Source: an uncultured Clostridia bacterium (GTDB taxonomy: Bacteria > Bacillota > Clostridia > Christensenellales > UBA1242). From it: DNA of 64,000 nt. The position numbers were made by a program, and so were the translations under genes. The notes below the pieces were generated by a model that worked only from the letters and a program-made list of their open reading frames with translations, was not told the DNA's origin and searched no databases. How positions within the stretch are numbered: position 1 is the stretch's first letter; every line of letters starts with the position of its first letter. The stretch covers positions 26,870 through 90,869 of the forward strand of contig CALVYP010000002.1 in NCBI GenBank assembly GCA_944372365.1, read 5' to 3'. This document shows, one piece after another, positions 48,701 through 56,632 of the stretch.

Positions 48701-48922
48701 ATGCAAAGGCTTGAAAATTTGCTTGAAAGCGATGTGCAATATGTAAGTCAGCAAATGCTGGAACTGTTGCAATATGAAATTCAAAAAACAGTTTCAAATT
48801 TTGTAAATTTGGCAAGTGGAGTTAAGGTTAGGTTTATAAAACAAGACGGCAAAATTAAATTTACAGCAGAATTTTTAAGCGATCGTGTGCGAGCGTTAGG
48901 CTTTATTCCAAAAGCATATTAA
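48701..48922 (+). CDS. Small MinD-coupled protein, possible MinE-like topological specificity factor
   Basis: 73 aa, starting 3 nt after the minD stop. Its central and C-terminal part loosely resembles the clostridial MinE dimerisation domain. The usual N-terminal membrane/MinD-binding segment is not evident. Confidence 0.3.
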   Translation: MQRLENLLESDVQYVSQQMLELLQYEIQKTVSNFVNLASGVKVRFIKQDGKIKFTAEFLSDRVRALGFIPKAY

Positions 48923-48972
48923 AAAGCATAAAAAAAACTCTAAATCAATTTTTGAAATAGAGTTTTTTTAAA

Positions 48973-49809
48973 TTATTTTTCAAACCAAACAATGCCATAG
49001 CATTTTGGGCCGACATGTGAGCCAACCACGCAGCCAATGTCGCAAACAACTTGATTTTTGGCATCGATATTAAGCATCGGCGCATATTTTGCAATAAATT
49101 TGTCGATGATGTCGCGGCAATCTGAGTGCCCAAAATAAACAGGGTAGTTGGTGTCGCGATTAAGCGCTTTGTTGATCATATACATGTTGGCTTTATTTTC
49201 GCCCATAATTTTTGCTTCGTTGTTAACTTTGCCGCCGTTGAGCGTTACAATAGGCTTGATGTTAAGCATATTGCCCATCACTTGGCTTGTTGCCGAAAGC
49301 CTTCCGCTTGCGCGCAGATATTTTAAATCGCCAATCACAGCCGCAAGTTTAACTTTTGAAATAAGCTCGTCAAGTTTATTTACAACATGCTCAAGATTGT
49401 CATCCTTTTCAATAAATTTGCAAAGTTCAATGATGATTGCACCCTGCGCCCAGGTTGTCACGCCAGATTGACGATAGGTGATGTTTTGCATTTTAAGCGC
49501 TTGCACAGCGCCTTCAACTTGGTGGATGGTTGCCGTCATTTCACTTGAAATTGTGATTGCAAGCACGTGCCATTCTGGTTTGTTCACATATGGAGTAAGC
49601 AGCTCTTCAAACAAAAACTGATTAGGCATTGAGGTTTTTGGAATAAGCCCAGTTTGATAGATTTTTTGATAGAATTCGTTTGTAGGCAAGCCTTGTGGAT
49701 AGGTTTCTTCGCCAAATCTCACTTCGATGGGTGCTAAAATAACGCCATATTTATCAACAAATTCTTGTGGAATATCGCAAGAAGCATCAGCGATAATTTT
49801 ATATTTCAT
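48973..49809 (-). CDS. DegV-family fatty-acid-binding protein
   Basis: 278 aa with MKYKIIADASCDIP at the N-terminus and an overall DegV pattern. Confidence 0.85.
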   Translation of the reverse strand: MKYKIIADASCDIPQEFVDKYGVILAPIEVRFGEETYPQGLPTNEFYQKIYQTGLIPKTSMPNQFLFEELLTPYVNKPEWHVLAITISSEMTATIHQVEGAVQALKMQNITYRQSGVTTWAQGAIIIELCKFIEKDDNLEHVVNKLDELISKVKLAAVIGDLKYLRASGRLSATSQVMGNMLNIKPIVTLNGGKVNNEAKIMGENKANMYMINKALNRDTNYPVYFGHSDCRDIIDKFIAKYAPMLNIDAKNQVVCDIGCVVGSHVGPKCYGIVWFEK

Positions 49810-50830
49810 CTTTTTTCTCCTTAGACTTTTTTTGAGTTTTATTTTGCTTTTCTTGCTGTTTTTGCAGTTTTTTTAACTCTTTTTCAGCTTTTTTTTGATG
49901 TTTTCCTACTTTTTTTAAGTTTTCAATGCCTTTTTCAAATAAATTTTGCTTTTTTTCTTGCTGCCTATTTTTTTCAATTCTCACTGGCAAAGGCGAGGCA
50001 TCAAACGGCATTTTAACATCATCATTTCTAAGCCTAACTTCAAGTTGATTAAACGGAATTGAAATGTCGTTCTTCTTAAACTCGTTAAACATGGTTTCCA
50101 TAATGTAGTAGTAAACATTCCAATAATCTTCGCCGTCAACCCAAACATTAAGCACAATTTTGATTGAGTTGTCGTTTAGGCTTTTAAGCCCAACAAAAGG
50201 TTTTGGATCTAAATAAATTCTGCCATCGCTTTTAACAACTTCGTCGATAATTTGTTTTGCCTTTTGTATGTCGGTGTCATATGCCACATCAAATTCAAAG
50301 TCCACGCGTCTGGTTTTTTCGCGGTTAAAGTTTGTCATTGGATTGTTTACAATATGCGAGTTTGGCAGGGTGATGGTTTTGTTGTCGTTGGTGAGAATGG
50401 TGGTTGAAAGCAGGTTGATGTTTTTTACAACTCCTTCAACGCCTTCAACATTGATGTAGTCACCCTCTTTAAAGAACTTGCCAGATACAATGATGATTCC
50501 GTTTGCAAGGTTTGAAAGGCTGTCTTGAAGCGCCAAACCAACTGCCAGCACAGCCGCAGAAAGTGCCGCAACAATGCCTGTGATAGAGATGCCAAGCTCT
50601 GCAAGCAAAATTAGAATCCAAATTAAATACAGCGCAACTTTAATTATGCTTAAAATAAATTTTTGCGCAATTCTTTCCATTTTGGTTTTAGCAAGCAGTT
50701 TTTTGCACAGTTTGATTAAAAGTTTAACAACAATAAAACCAACTATCAAGGTTACAAAAAAACCTAAGATAGCCCAGCCGTTACCTGTAAAAAAATCTTT
50801 AATATCTTGCCAAATAGCGTTCCAATCCAT
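49799..50830 (-). CDS. Small-conductance mechanosensitive channel (MscS family)
   Basis: 3 TM helices, then GDYINVEGVEGVVKNINLLSTTILTNDNKTITLPNSHI, which is the MscS beta-domain signature. It has a K/E-rich C-terminal tail. Start moved to MDWNAIW. Confidence 0.85.
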   Translation of the reverse strand: MDWNAIWQDIKDFFTGNGWAILGFFVTLIVGFIVVKLLIKLCKKLLAKTKMERIAQKFILSIIKVALYLIWILILLAELGISITGIVAALSAAVLAVGLALQDSLSNLANGIIIVSGKFFKEGDYINVEGVEGVVKNINLLSTTILTNDNKTITLPNSHIVNNPMTNFNREKTRRVDFEFDVAYDTDIQKAKQIIDEVVKSDGRIYLDPKPFVGLKSLNDNSIKIVLNVWVDGEDYWNVYYYIMETMFNEFKKNDISIPFNQLEVRLRNDDVKMPFDASPLPVRIEKNRQQEKKQNLFEKGIENLKKVGKHQKKAEKELKKLQKQQEKQNKTQKKSKEKKDEI

Positions 50831-50955
50831 ATGTATAGTATAACTTAAAATTAAACAATTACAAAACAAAAATGCAAAAAAACAAACAAATTATATTTTT
50901 CAAAAAAAATTTGCAAATAAATTTAAGTTATGTTAAAATAAACTTTGAGGTAGTT

Positions 50956-51945
50956 ATGAAAAGAGTTTTAACGGGCATAAAACCAACAGGGCATTCGCAC
51001 ATAGGCAACTATTTTGGGGCAATCAAACCGGCGATAGAGTTTACACAAAACCAAGATAATCAATGCTTCTATTTTATTGCAGATTATCATGCTTTAACAA
51101 CTCTTGAAAACAAGCAGCAGATGATTGATTATACATACGACATTGCTTGCACATGGCTTGCATGCGGTTTGGATGCTGACAAAGTGGTGTTCTATAAGCA
51201 ATCAGACATTCCAGAAACCTTCGAACTTAATTGGATTTTGTGTAATGTAACACCAAAAGGGCTGATGAACAGGGCGCATGCGTATAAGGCCTGTGTAGAA
51301 AAAAATCAAGAAGCTGGCGTTGACAAAGATTTTGGCGTTAACATGGGGTTATATAACTATCCAATTTTGATGGCGGCAGATATAATTTTGTTTGACAGCG
51401 ACATTGTTCCTGTGGGGCTTGATCAAAAGCAGCATGTTGAAATTGCAAGAGATATTGCCGACTACTTTAACAGAAAATTTGGCAAAACATTAAAATTGCC
51501 GGATGTTTACATTCAGCCAGAAACCGCAACGCTTGTTGGGCTTGATGGCAGAAAGATGAGCAAAAGCTATGGCAACACGATTGGGCTGTTTACAACCGAA
51601 GAGCAGCTTAGAAAATCTATAAACAGAATAGTAACCGACAGCCGCATGCCGGGCGAGCCAAAAGATTTAAACTGCACATTGTTTAAGCTTTACTCGCTGT
51701 TTGCTGGCAAAGAAAAATCCAAGCTTTTTGGGCAACAGCTGCAAGAGGGGCTTGGTTGGGGCGAAGCAAAAAAGCAGTTGTTTGAAGTTGCAAATGAATA
51801 TATCAAGCCAATGCGTGAAAAATATTTCTACTATCAAAACCACAGAGATGAAGTGGATAAAATTCTCGCCGATGGTGCAGCCAAGGCAAGAGCGATTGCG
51901 CAAAAAACCATTCAAAGGGTGAGAAAGTCAATAGGTGTAAAATAA
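50956..51945 (+). CDS. trpS: Tryptophan--tRNA ligase
   Basis: About 329 aa from MKRVLTGIKPTG. HIGH-type motif GHSHIGN and KMSKS are present. Confidence 0.93.
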   Translation: MKRVLTGIKPTGHSHIGNYFGAIKPAIEFTQNQDNQCFYFIADYHALTTLENKQQMIDYTYDIACTWLACGLDADKVVFYKQSDIPETFELNWILCNVTPKGLMNRAHAYKACVEKNQEAGVDKDFGVNMGLYNYPILMAADIILFDSDIVPVGLDQKQHVEIARDIADYFNRKFGKTLKLPDVYIQPETATLVGLDGRKMSKSYGNTIGLFTTEEQLRKSINRIVTDSRMPGEPKDLNCTLFKLYSLFAGKEKSKLFGQQLQEGLGWGEAKKQLFEVANEYIKPMREKYFYYQNHRDEVDKILADGAAKARAIAQKTIQRVRKSIGVK

Positions 51946-51968
51946 AACTCGGGTTGTCCCGAGTTTTT
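51945..51968. terminator. Bidirectional terminator between trpS and metG
   Basis: AAACTCGGG-TTGT-CCCGAGTTT, with flanking A and T runs. Confidence 0.65.
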
Positions 51969-51970
51969 AG

Positions 51971-53548
51971 TTATTCTTTATTTGCAATTTCGTCAAGTTC
52001 TTGTTGTTCTTTATTTAAGTCTAATCTTGCAAACAGTGGCTGAATTTTTTCAACTTTAATGCCATCAATTTTAAAGTTGCAGCAAGCATTTTCGTCGATT
52101 TTAACTTTCTCAATGCCAAACAATTTTAAAACGCTCGCAATTTTTTCTGGCAAAAACGCGTCAAGCAGAGTGTAGGCTTCAAGCATAGCCTGAGTTGCAT
52201 AGTATAAAATTGCGCTAATTCTTTGGCTGCCGTCATCTTGCTTAGCAAGCTCCCAAGGTTTGTTGACATCAATGTATGTGTTGCACTCATCGATGATTCT
52301 TAGGGCAGATTTATAACTTAAAGTTGGCTTCAATTCTTTAATTTTTTGAATGCAGTCGGCTTTAAGTTCTTTTATTTTAGCAACAAAAATTTCGTCTTCT
52401 GGCAGGGAATGTATCTTGCCATTGATAAGCCCATCATTATATTTGCAAATCATTCCAATCAGCCTTGAAGAGATGTTTCCAACCTTGTTTGCCAAAATTC
52501 CGTTAAACGAATTTAAAAACAACTCTTGCGAATATGGGCCGTCTTGGCCAAATGAAATTTCGCCAATCAAAAAGTTTCTTACAGCGTCGGAAGAGTATCT
52601 TGCGCATAGAACGCGAGGGTCAAGCATCTCTTTTTTATCAACGCCCTTGCTTTTGCTGAGCTTGCCGCCGCCATAAACCAGCCAGCCATGCCCAAAAATA
52701 AGCTTTGGAAGGGGAAGACCAAGCGACATTAAAATTGCAGGCCAAATGATGGAGTGAAAGCGCACGATTTCCTTGCCAACCACATGCACATCGGCAGGCC
52801 AATATTTTTTAAAGTTAGTTTCGTCATCGCTTAAATATCCAAGCGCGGTGATATAGTTTGAAAGCGCATCAATCCAAACATAAATGGTTTGATCTTTGTC
52901 AAACTCAACAGGGATGCCCCATTTAACGGTTTTTCTAGACACACACAAATCTTTTAAGCCTTTGTTAAAGAAGTTGTTGATCATTTCATTTGCGCGGCTT
53001 TCTGGCAGAAGGAAATTTTTGCCTTCTTGATATAGTTTTTTAAGCCTGTCTTCATACTTTGAAAGTTTAAAGAAGTAGCATTCTTCATCGGCGTCGACAA
53101 CTTCTCTGCCGCAGTCTGGACATTTGCCATCAACAAGTTGATCTTCGCTCCAAAACGATTCGCATGGCACGCAGTATTTGCCTTTGTAGGTTGATTTATA
53201 TATATCGCCGTTTTCATAAAGCTTGTTGAAGATTTTTTGAACAGCCTTTACATGATAGTCGTCAGTCGTGCGGATAAATTTATCATATGAAATGTTTAAA
53301 AGTTTCCATAAATCTTTGGTGTCGGCAACAATTTCATCAAGATAGTCAATTTCTTTCATGCCTTTTGCGGTTGCGATTTTTTCAATTTTTTGACCATGCT
53401 CGTCTGTGCCGGTTAAGAAAAACACATCGTCGCCAAGCGCGCGATGAAACCTTGCAATCGCATCGCAAAGTGCGGTTGTGTAGCAGTTTCCAAGCGTCAG
53501 TTTGTTGCTTGGATAGTAGATTGGTGTGGTGATGTAAAACTTGCTCAT
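51971..53548 (-). CDS. metG: Methionine--tRNA ligase (short form without a C-terminal tRNA-binding domain)
   Basis: 525 aa: FYITTPIYYPSNKLTLGN, zinc knuckle CVPC...CPDCG, and KLSKSKG. Confidence 0.93.
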   Translation of the reverse strand: MSKFYITTPIYYPSNKLTLGNCYTTALCDAIARFHRALGDDVFFLTGTDEHGQKIEKIATAKGMKEIDYLDEIVADTKDLWKLLNISYDKFIRTTDDYHVKAVQKIFNKLYENGDIYKSTYKGKYCVPCESFWSEDQLVDGKCPDCGREVVDADEECYFFKLSKYEDRLKKLYQEGKNFLLPESRANEMINNFFNKGLKDLCVSRKTVKWGIPVEFDKDQTIYVWIDALSNYITALGYLSDDETNFKKYWPADVHVVGKEIVRFHSIIWPAILMSLGLPLPKLIFGHGWLVYGGGKLSKSKGVDKKEMLDPRVLCARYSSDAVRNFLIGEISFGQDGPYSQELFLNSFNGILANKVGNISSRLIGMICKYNDGLINGKIHSLPEDEIFVAKIKELKADCIQKIKELKPTLSYKSALRIIDECNTYIDVNKPWELAKQDDGSQRISAILYYATQAMLEAYTLLDAFLPEKIASVLKLFGIEKVKIDENACCNFKIDGIKVEKIQPLFARLDLNKEQQELDEIANKE

Positions 53549-54420
53549 AAGGTCTCCTTATCCAGTGGATTTTTACTATTTTTCTTGTGTGGTTTAACAA
53601 ATGCGCTGATATATTCTTCTTGCAAATTTTCTTGCGCTTGGTTTTGAGAAGACGGGTCAACAACTGGTTTGGCTGCATTTTTTTCGCCTTCTTTAAGAAG
53701 TTTGTCATCCTGTTTTTGCTGCTTTTTTTCAAGCTGTTTTTGGTCGTGATAAACAAAAATCAGGTTTATGAGTTCATAGCAATCTCTAAACAGAATAATC
53801 GTGCATGGCAGTGCAATCAGCACCAAAATGCCAGTAGTAGATGTGATGAACGACATAATTTGAGTGATGAAATTCTGTTCCTGCACATATTCACCAATCA
53901 GGTAGTCTTGATAGATGATGTTTCTGTCGATCGCCGAGTTGTCTGTACCTTTGGTTTTATACCACAAATTTCCATTTGCATCAGTGATGATTTCAACAAT
54001 TTCGTGAAAGACAATTCGGTTTTTATTTGGGTTGCTGGTTGGTGTATCGCCATTTGCAACAGTTGGCGGGGTAGGGCAAGATGCATCCACATAGTCAAAA
54101 AACGCCACATAGTCGCCCACTTGATATTCTTCTAGCGGCTGACTTTTAATGAAGGTTTTCATTCCAACTTCAAAGCCTGCATCTTTCATGCTGCCAGAGT
54201 TGATTGTAACCATTGCATAGCTAAGCACCATTGGCACGCCTTTGGTTGCACGAGTGATGATAAGTGAAATTGAAAAAAACATTGCAAAAATCAAAACAGG
54301 AAATAAAATAGCGTCCAAAACAATGTAAAAAATTTGTTTTGGCGAAAGTTTTTTCTTTTGCTTTTTTGGTTTAGCAGAAGGTTGCAAAACTTCTTGATTT
54401 ACCTGTGATGAATTTTCCAT
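53545..54420 (-). CDS. sipW: ER/archaeal-type (S26B, SipW-like) signal peptidase I with long N- and C-terminal extensions
   Basis: 291 aa. After the N-terminal TM it has SGSMKDAGFEVG (Ser box), IVFHEIVEI (His box) and TKGTDNSAIDRN (the KGDNN..D box). A second TM lies near residues 195-215, followed by a K/Q/E-rich tail of about 75 aa. Its stop overlaps the metG start. Confidence 0.72.
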   Translation of the reverse strand: MENSSQVNQEVLQPSAKPKKQKKKLSPKQIFYIVLDAILFPVLIFAMFFSISLIITRATKGVPMVLSYAMVTINSGSMKDAGFEVGMKTFIKSQPLEEYQVGDYVAFFDYVDASCPTPPTVANGDTPTSNPNKNRIVFHEIVEIITDANGNLWYKTKGTDNSAIDRNIIYQDYLIGEYVQEQNFITQIMSFITSTTGILVLIALPCTIILFRDCYELINLIFVYHDQKQLEKKQQKQDDKLLKEGEKNAAKPVVDPSSQNQAQENLQEEYISAFVKPHKKNSKNPLDKETL

Positions 54421-54457
54421 AGATTTATAATATCATTTTTTTATAATTTTTACAAAT

Positions 54458-54487
54458 AAAAAAAACGGCATATCGCCGTTTTTTTTA
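54458..54487. terminator. Bidirectional terminator
   Basis: ACGGC-ATATC-GCCGT, flanked by A7 and T8. Confidence 0.55.
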
Positions 54488-54501
54488 ATCTTTAAAGTGT
54501 T

Positions 54502-55131
54502 TTAAGCCGTTTGGTCAAGCAGAACTTCAATGTTAAATGCTGTTTTAGCCATATCATTTAATTGGTCAAGGCTTACATTTGATGCAACAACAATGTAGAA
54601 TGTGCCAGTTCCGTTTGATGCGGTGAGAGTTACGTCTGCATCAATCGGTGTGTTGTTGCCAACTGCGGCAAGTGAGCCCCATTCTTGGCCAGTGTAGATT
54701 GTAAGTTGAGCGTTGTCAATTGCTGGGCCGGTGATGTGAGCGTATGCTTGCGTTGATCCTTCGTTTGTAAATTGTAATTTGTAAGCATAGTAGTTAATTC
54801 CATCACTTACAGAGAAATCCATTGCCTCTAAATTGCTAACTGTTTCTGTGTTATTGTCAGCATCTTTTGTTACAACTTCGCTCCATGTAGGTTGGCTTGC
54901 AGGTGCCGCAGAAACGGCGTCACTTGAAGTGTTTGAGCCTTGCGAAACAACCACTTTAACCTTGGTTTGACCAGCGGTTGTGATTGTGATGTTGTTGTTA
55001 AGGGTTACATTTTGGCTGAGTGCGGCATAAACTGAAACGCCGATCACCAAAATGCAGATAAGTGCACTAAAAAGTGTGATAATCAATCTTCTTTTGATGG
55101 ATGATTTGGTTTTTTCTGTGTTATTTTCCAT
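54502..55131 (-). CDS. Secreted TasA/camelysin-like protein, paralog 1 (SipW-type signal peptide)
   Basis: 209 aa with an AAGGAG SD. The N-terminus is KRRLIITLFSALICILVIGVSVYAALSQ. The mature part is beta-rich and shares blocks with the two neighbours (TTAGQTKVKVVVS, YYAYKLQFTN, TFYIVVA, AFNIEV). Confidence 0.65.
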   Translation of the reverse strand: MENNTEKTKSSIKRRLIITLFSALICILVIGVSVYAALSQNVTLNNNITITTAGQTKVKVVVSQGSNTSSDAVSAAPASQPTWSEVVTKDADNNTETVSNLEAMDFSVSDGINYYAYKLQFTNEGSTQAYAHITGPAIDNAQLTIYTGQEWGSLAAVGNNTPIDADVTLTASNGTGTFYIVVASNVSLDQLNDMAKTAFNIEVLLDQTA

Positions 55132-55144
55132 ATTTTATCTCCTT

Positions 55145-55801
55145 TTATGCTGAAACCTCTGCGGTTACAACTAAATTAAAGTTGTCAAGTGCTGCTGCGG
55201 TAAGTGATTCTGGTGCAGTGTTGAGTGCCACGATAACATAAACTGTGGTTGAAGCGCTTTTGGCAAGATTGCCACTCATTGCAGTTTGATCTTGTGCAAA
55301 AGTGAATGAATCAGTGCCTGCGGCAGAGTAGATTGAAACTTGACCGTCAAATGTGTAAGGGCCATTGCTTGCATCAGGATCGGTGAACTCTATTGTATAG
55401 TTAACGGCAGATGCTGCGGTGTTTGCAAAGTCAATTTTGTAGGCAACATATGTGTATTGGCCGTCTGCTGAGAACACAATGTCTGGCCCTTTTTGGCTTG
55501 CAGAGTCATTGTCTGCTGTTTTTTGAGCGATTTGAGTGTAGGAAAGGCCTTTAACAGTTGTGCCTTGGTCCCCAATGGCAGAAAACAGTGTTTCGTCATC
55601 AGCACCAAAAGCATAACTTGCAGTAATTCCCACTCTTGCTTGTCCGTCGGTGGTGATTAAAATTGTGTTTGGAGATGTTAATGATTGTGATGATGCTGCC
55701 CAAACAGAAACTCCAATTAAAAGCATGCAAAGCAACATACTTAAAGCAATAACAATAATTCTCCTTTTAAACTTTGATTGAACTTTTTCTTGATTTTCCA
55801 A
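55145..55801 (-). CDS. Secreted TasA/camelysin-like protein, paralog 2
   Basis: About 218 aa from a TTG preceded by AAGGAGGG. The N-terminus is FKRRIIVIALSMLLCMLLIGVSVWAASSQ. Shared blocks are TTDGQARVGITAS, YVAYKIDFAN, TVYVIVA and NFNLVV. Confidence 0.65.
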   Translation of the reverse strand: MENQEKVQSKFKRRIIVIALSMLLCMLLIGVSVWAASSQSLTSPNTILITTDGQARVGITASYAFGADDETLFSAIGDQGTTVKGLSYTQIAQKTADNDSASQKGPDIVFSADGQYTYVAYKIDFANTAASAVNYTIEFTDPDASNGPYTFDGQVSIYSAAGTDSFTFAQDQTAMSGNLAKSASTTVYVIVALNTAPESLTAAALDNFNLVVTAEVSA

Positions 55802-55957
55802 AAATTTACCCTCCTTTATACAAATGCATGTTATCATATATTTTGCGTTTTTCCAAACGATTTAAACAAAAATTTTGAAAAAATTTCAAAAAATATTGAT
55901 TCACTTGCAAAGCATGGCAAAAAAAATCAAATTTTTGCAATTTTTTTTGTAATTTAT

Positions 55958-55987
55958 TTGACATAATAAAACAAAATAAATTAAAAT
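55958..55987 (+). promoter_or_regulatory. Candidate sigma-A promoter of the paralog-3 / giant protein / SGNH operon
   Basis: TTGACA, an 18-nt spacer, then TAAAAT, about 30 nt upstream of the TTG start at 56018. Confidence 0.45.
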
Positions 55988-56017
55988 TATTATTAGTTAT
56001 AAATATAGGGGGGCTTT

Positions 56018-56632
56018 TTGCAAAACATCAAACTTAAAATTTCTTTGCTTGTTTTGGCAATAGTTTGTGTTTTAACGCTGCTGGGCGTAAGCGTTTGGGC
56101 TGTTGTAAGTCAAACCGTTGGGGTTGACACTTACATAAGCGTAAGCGATGACGGCCAAGCTAAGTGCGAAGTTGTGGTGTCGGATTATCTTGCGCCGTCA
56201 AACAACTCGTCGCTTTTGTCTCTTTCGCAAAAGCCAACCTTTTCACAGGCGCTTGTTAAACAGCGCGATCAAGATTATGCCGAAGGCACTTTTAATCACG
56301 ATGTTGAATTCAGCTATAAAAACTACTATCGCTACTTTCTTGTTCAAATTCAAATAGAAAATCTTTCGTCTGTTGCAATAAACTACAACATTTCGCTTTT
56401 GGATCAAAACAACAACAGTTTTGCTTTTTCGCATCCAATAGTTGCTTCGTTCTATCAAAATTCGTCTGCTGATGGTTTCAGCTTATCTCAGGCCAGCGGC
56501 GCGGGAAGCATAGGCGTCAGCCAAAGTGCAACAATCTATCTTTGCATACAGGTGGTTGACGGCTTTAACCTTTGGGATTTGCCAGACATCAGCGCGCAAA
56601 ACTTTAACCTTGCAGTGGAGGTGAGTGTTTGA
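56018..56632 (+). CDS. Secreted TasA/camelysin-like protein, paralog 3
   Basis: 204 aa with a TTG start after GGGGGG. The N-terminus is KISLLVLAIVCVLTLLGVSVWAVVSQ. Shared blocks are SDDGQAKCEVVVS, TIYLCIQV and NFNLAVEV. Its stop overlaps the start of the giant ORF. Confidence 0.65.
   Translation: MQNIKLKISLLVLAIVCVLTLLGVSVWAVVSQTVGVDTYISVSDDGQAKCEVVVSDYLAPSNNSSLLSLSQKPTFSQALVKQRDQDYAEGTFNHDVEFSYKNYYRYFLVQIQIENLSSVAINYNISLLDQNNNSFAFSHPIVASFYQNSSADGFSLSQASGAGSIGVSQSATIYLCIQVVDGFNLWDLPDISAQNFNLAVEVSV

Noticed and set aside
50831-50955. Possible T-box riboswitch upstream of trpS (and upstream of metG)
   Set aside because: The trpS leader is only about 125 nt, AT-rich, and has no specifier hairpin or T-box sequence. 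metG has no leader at all because its start overlaps the upstream gene.
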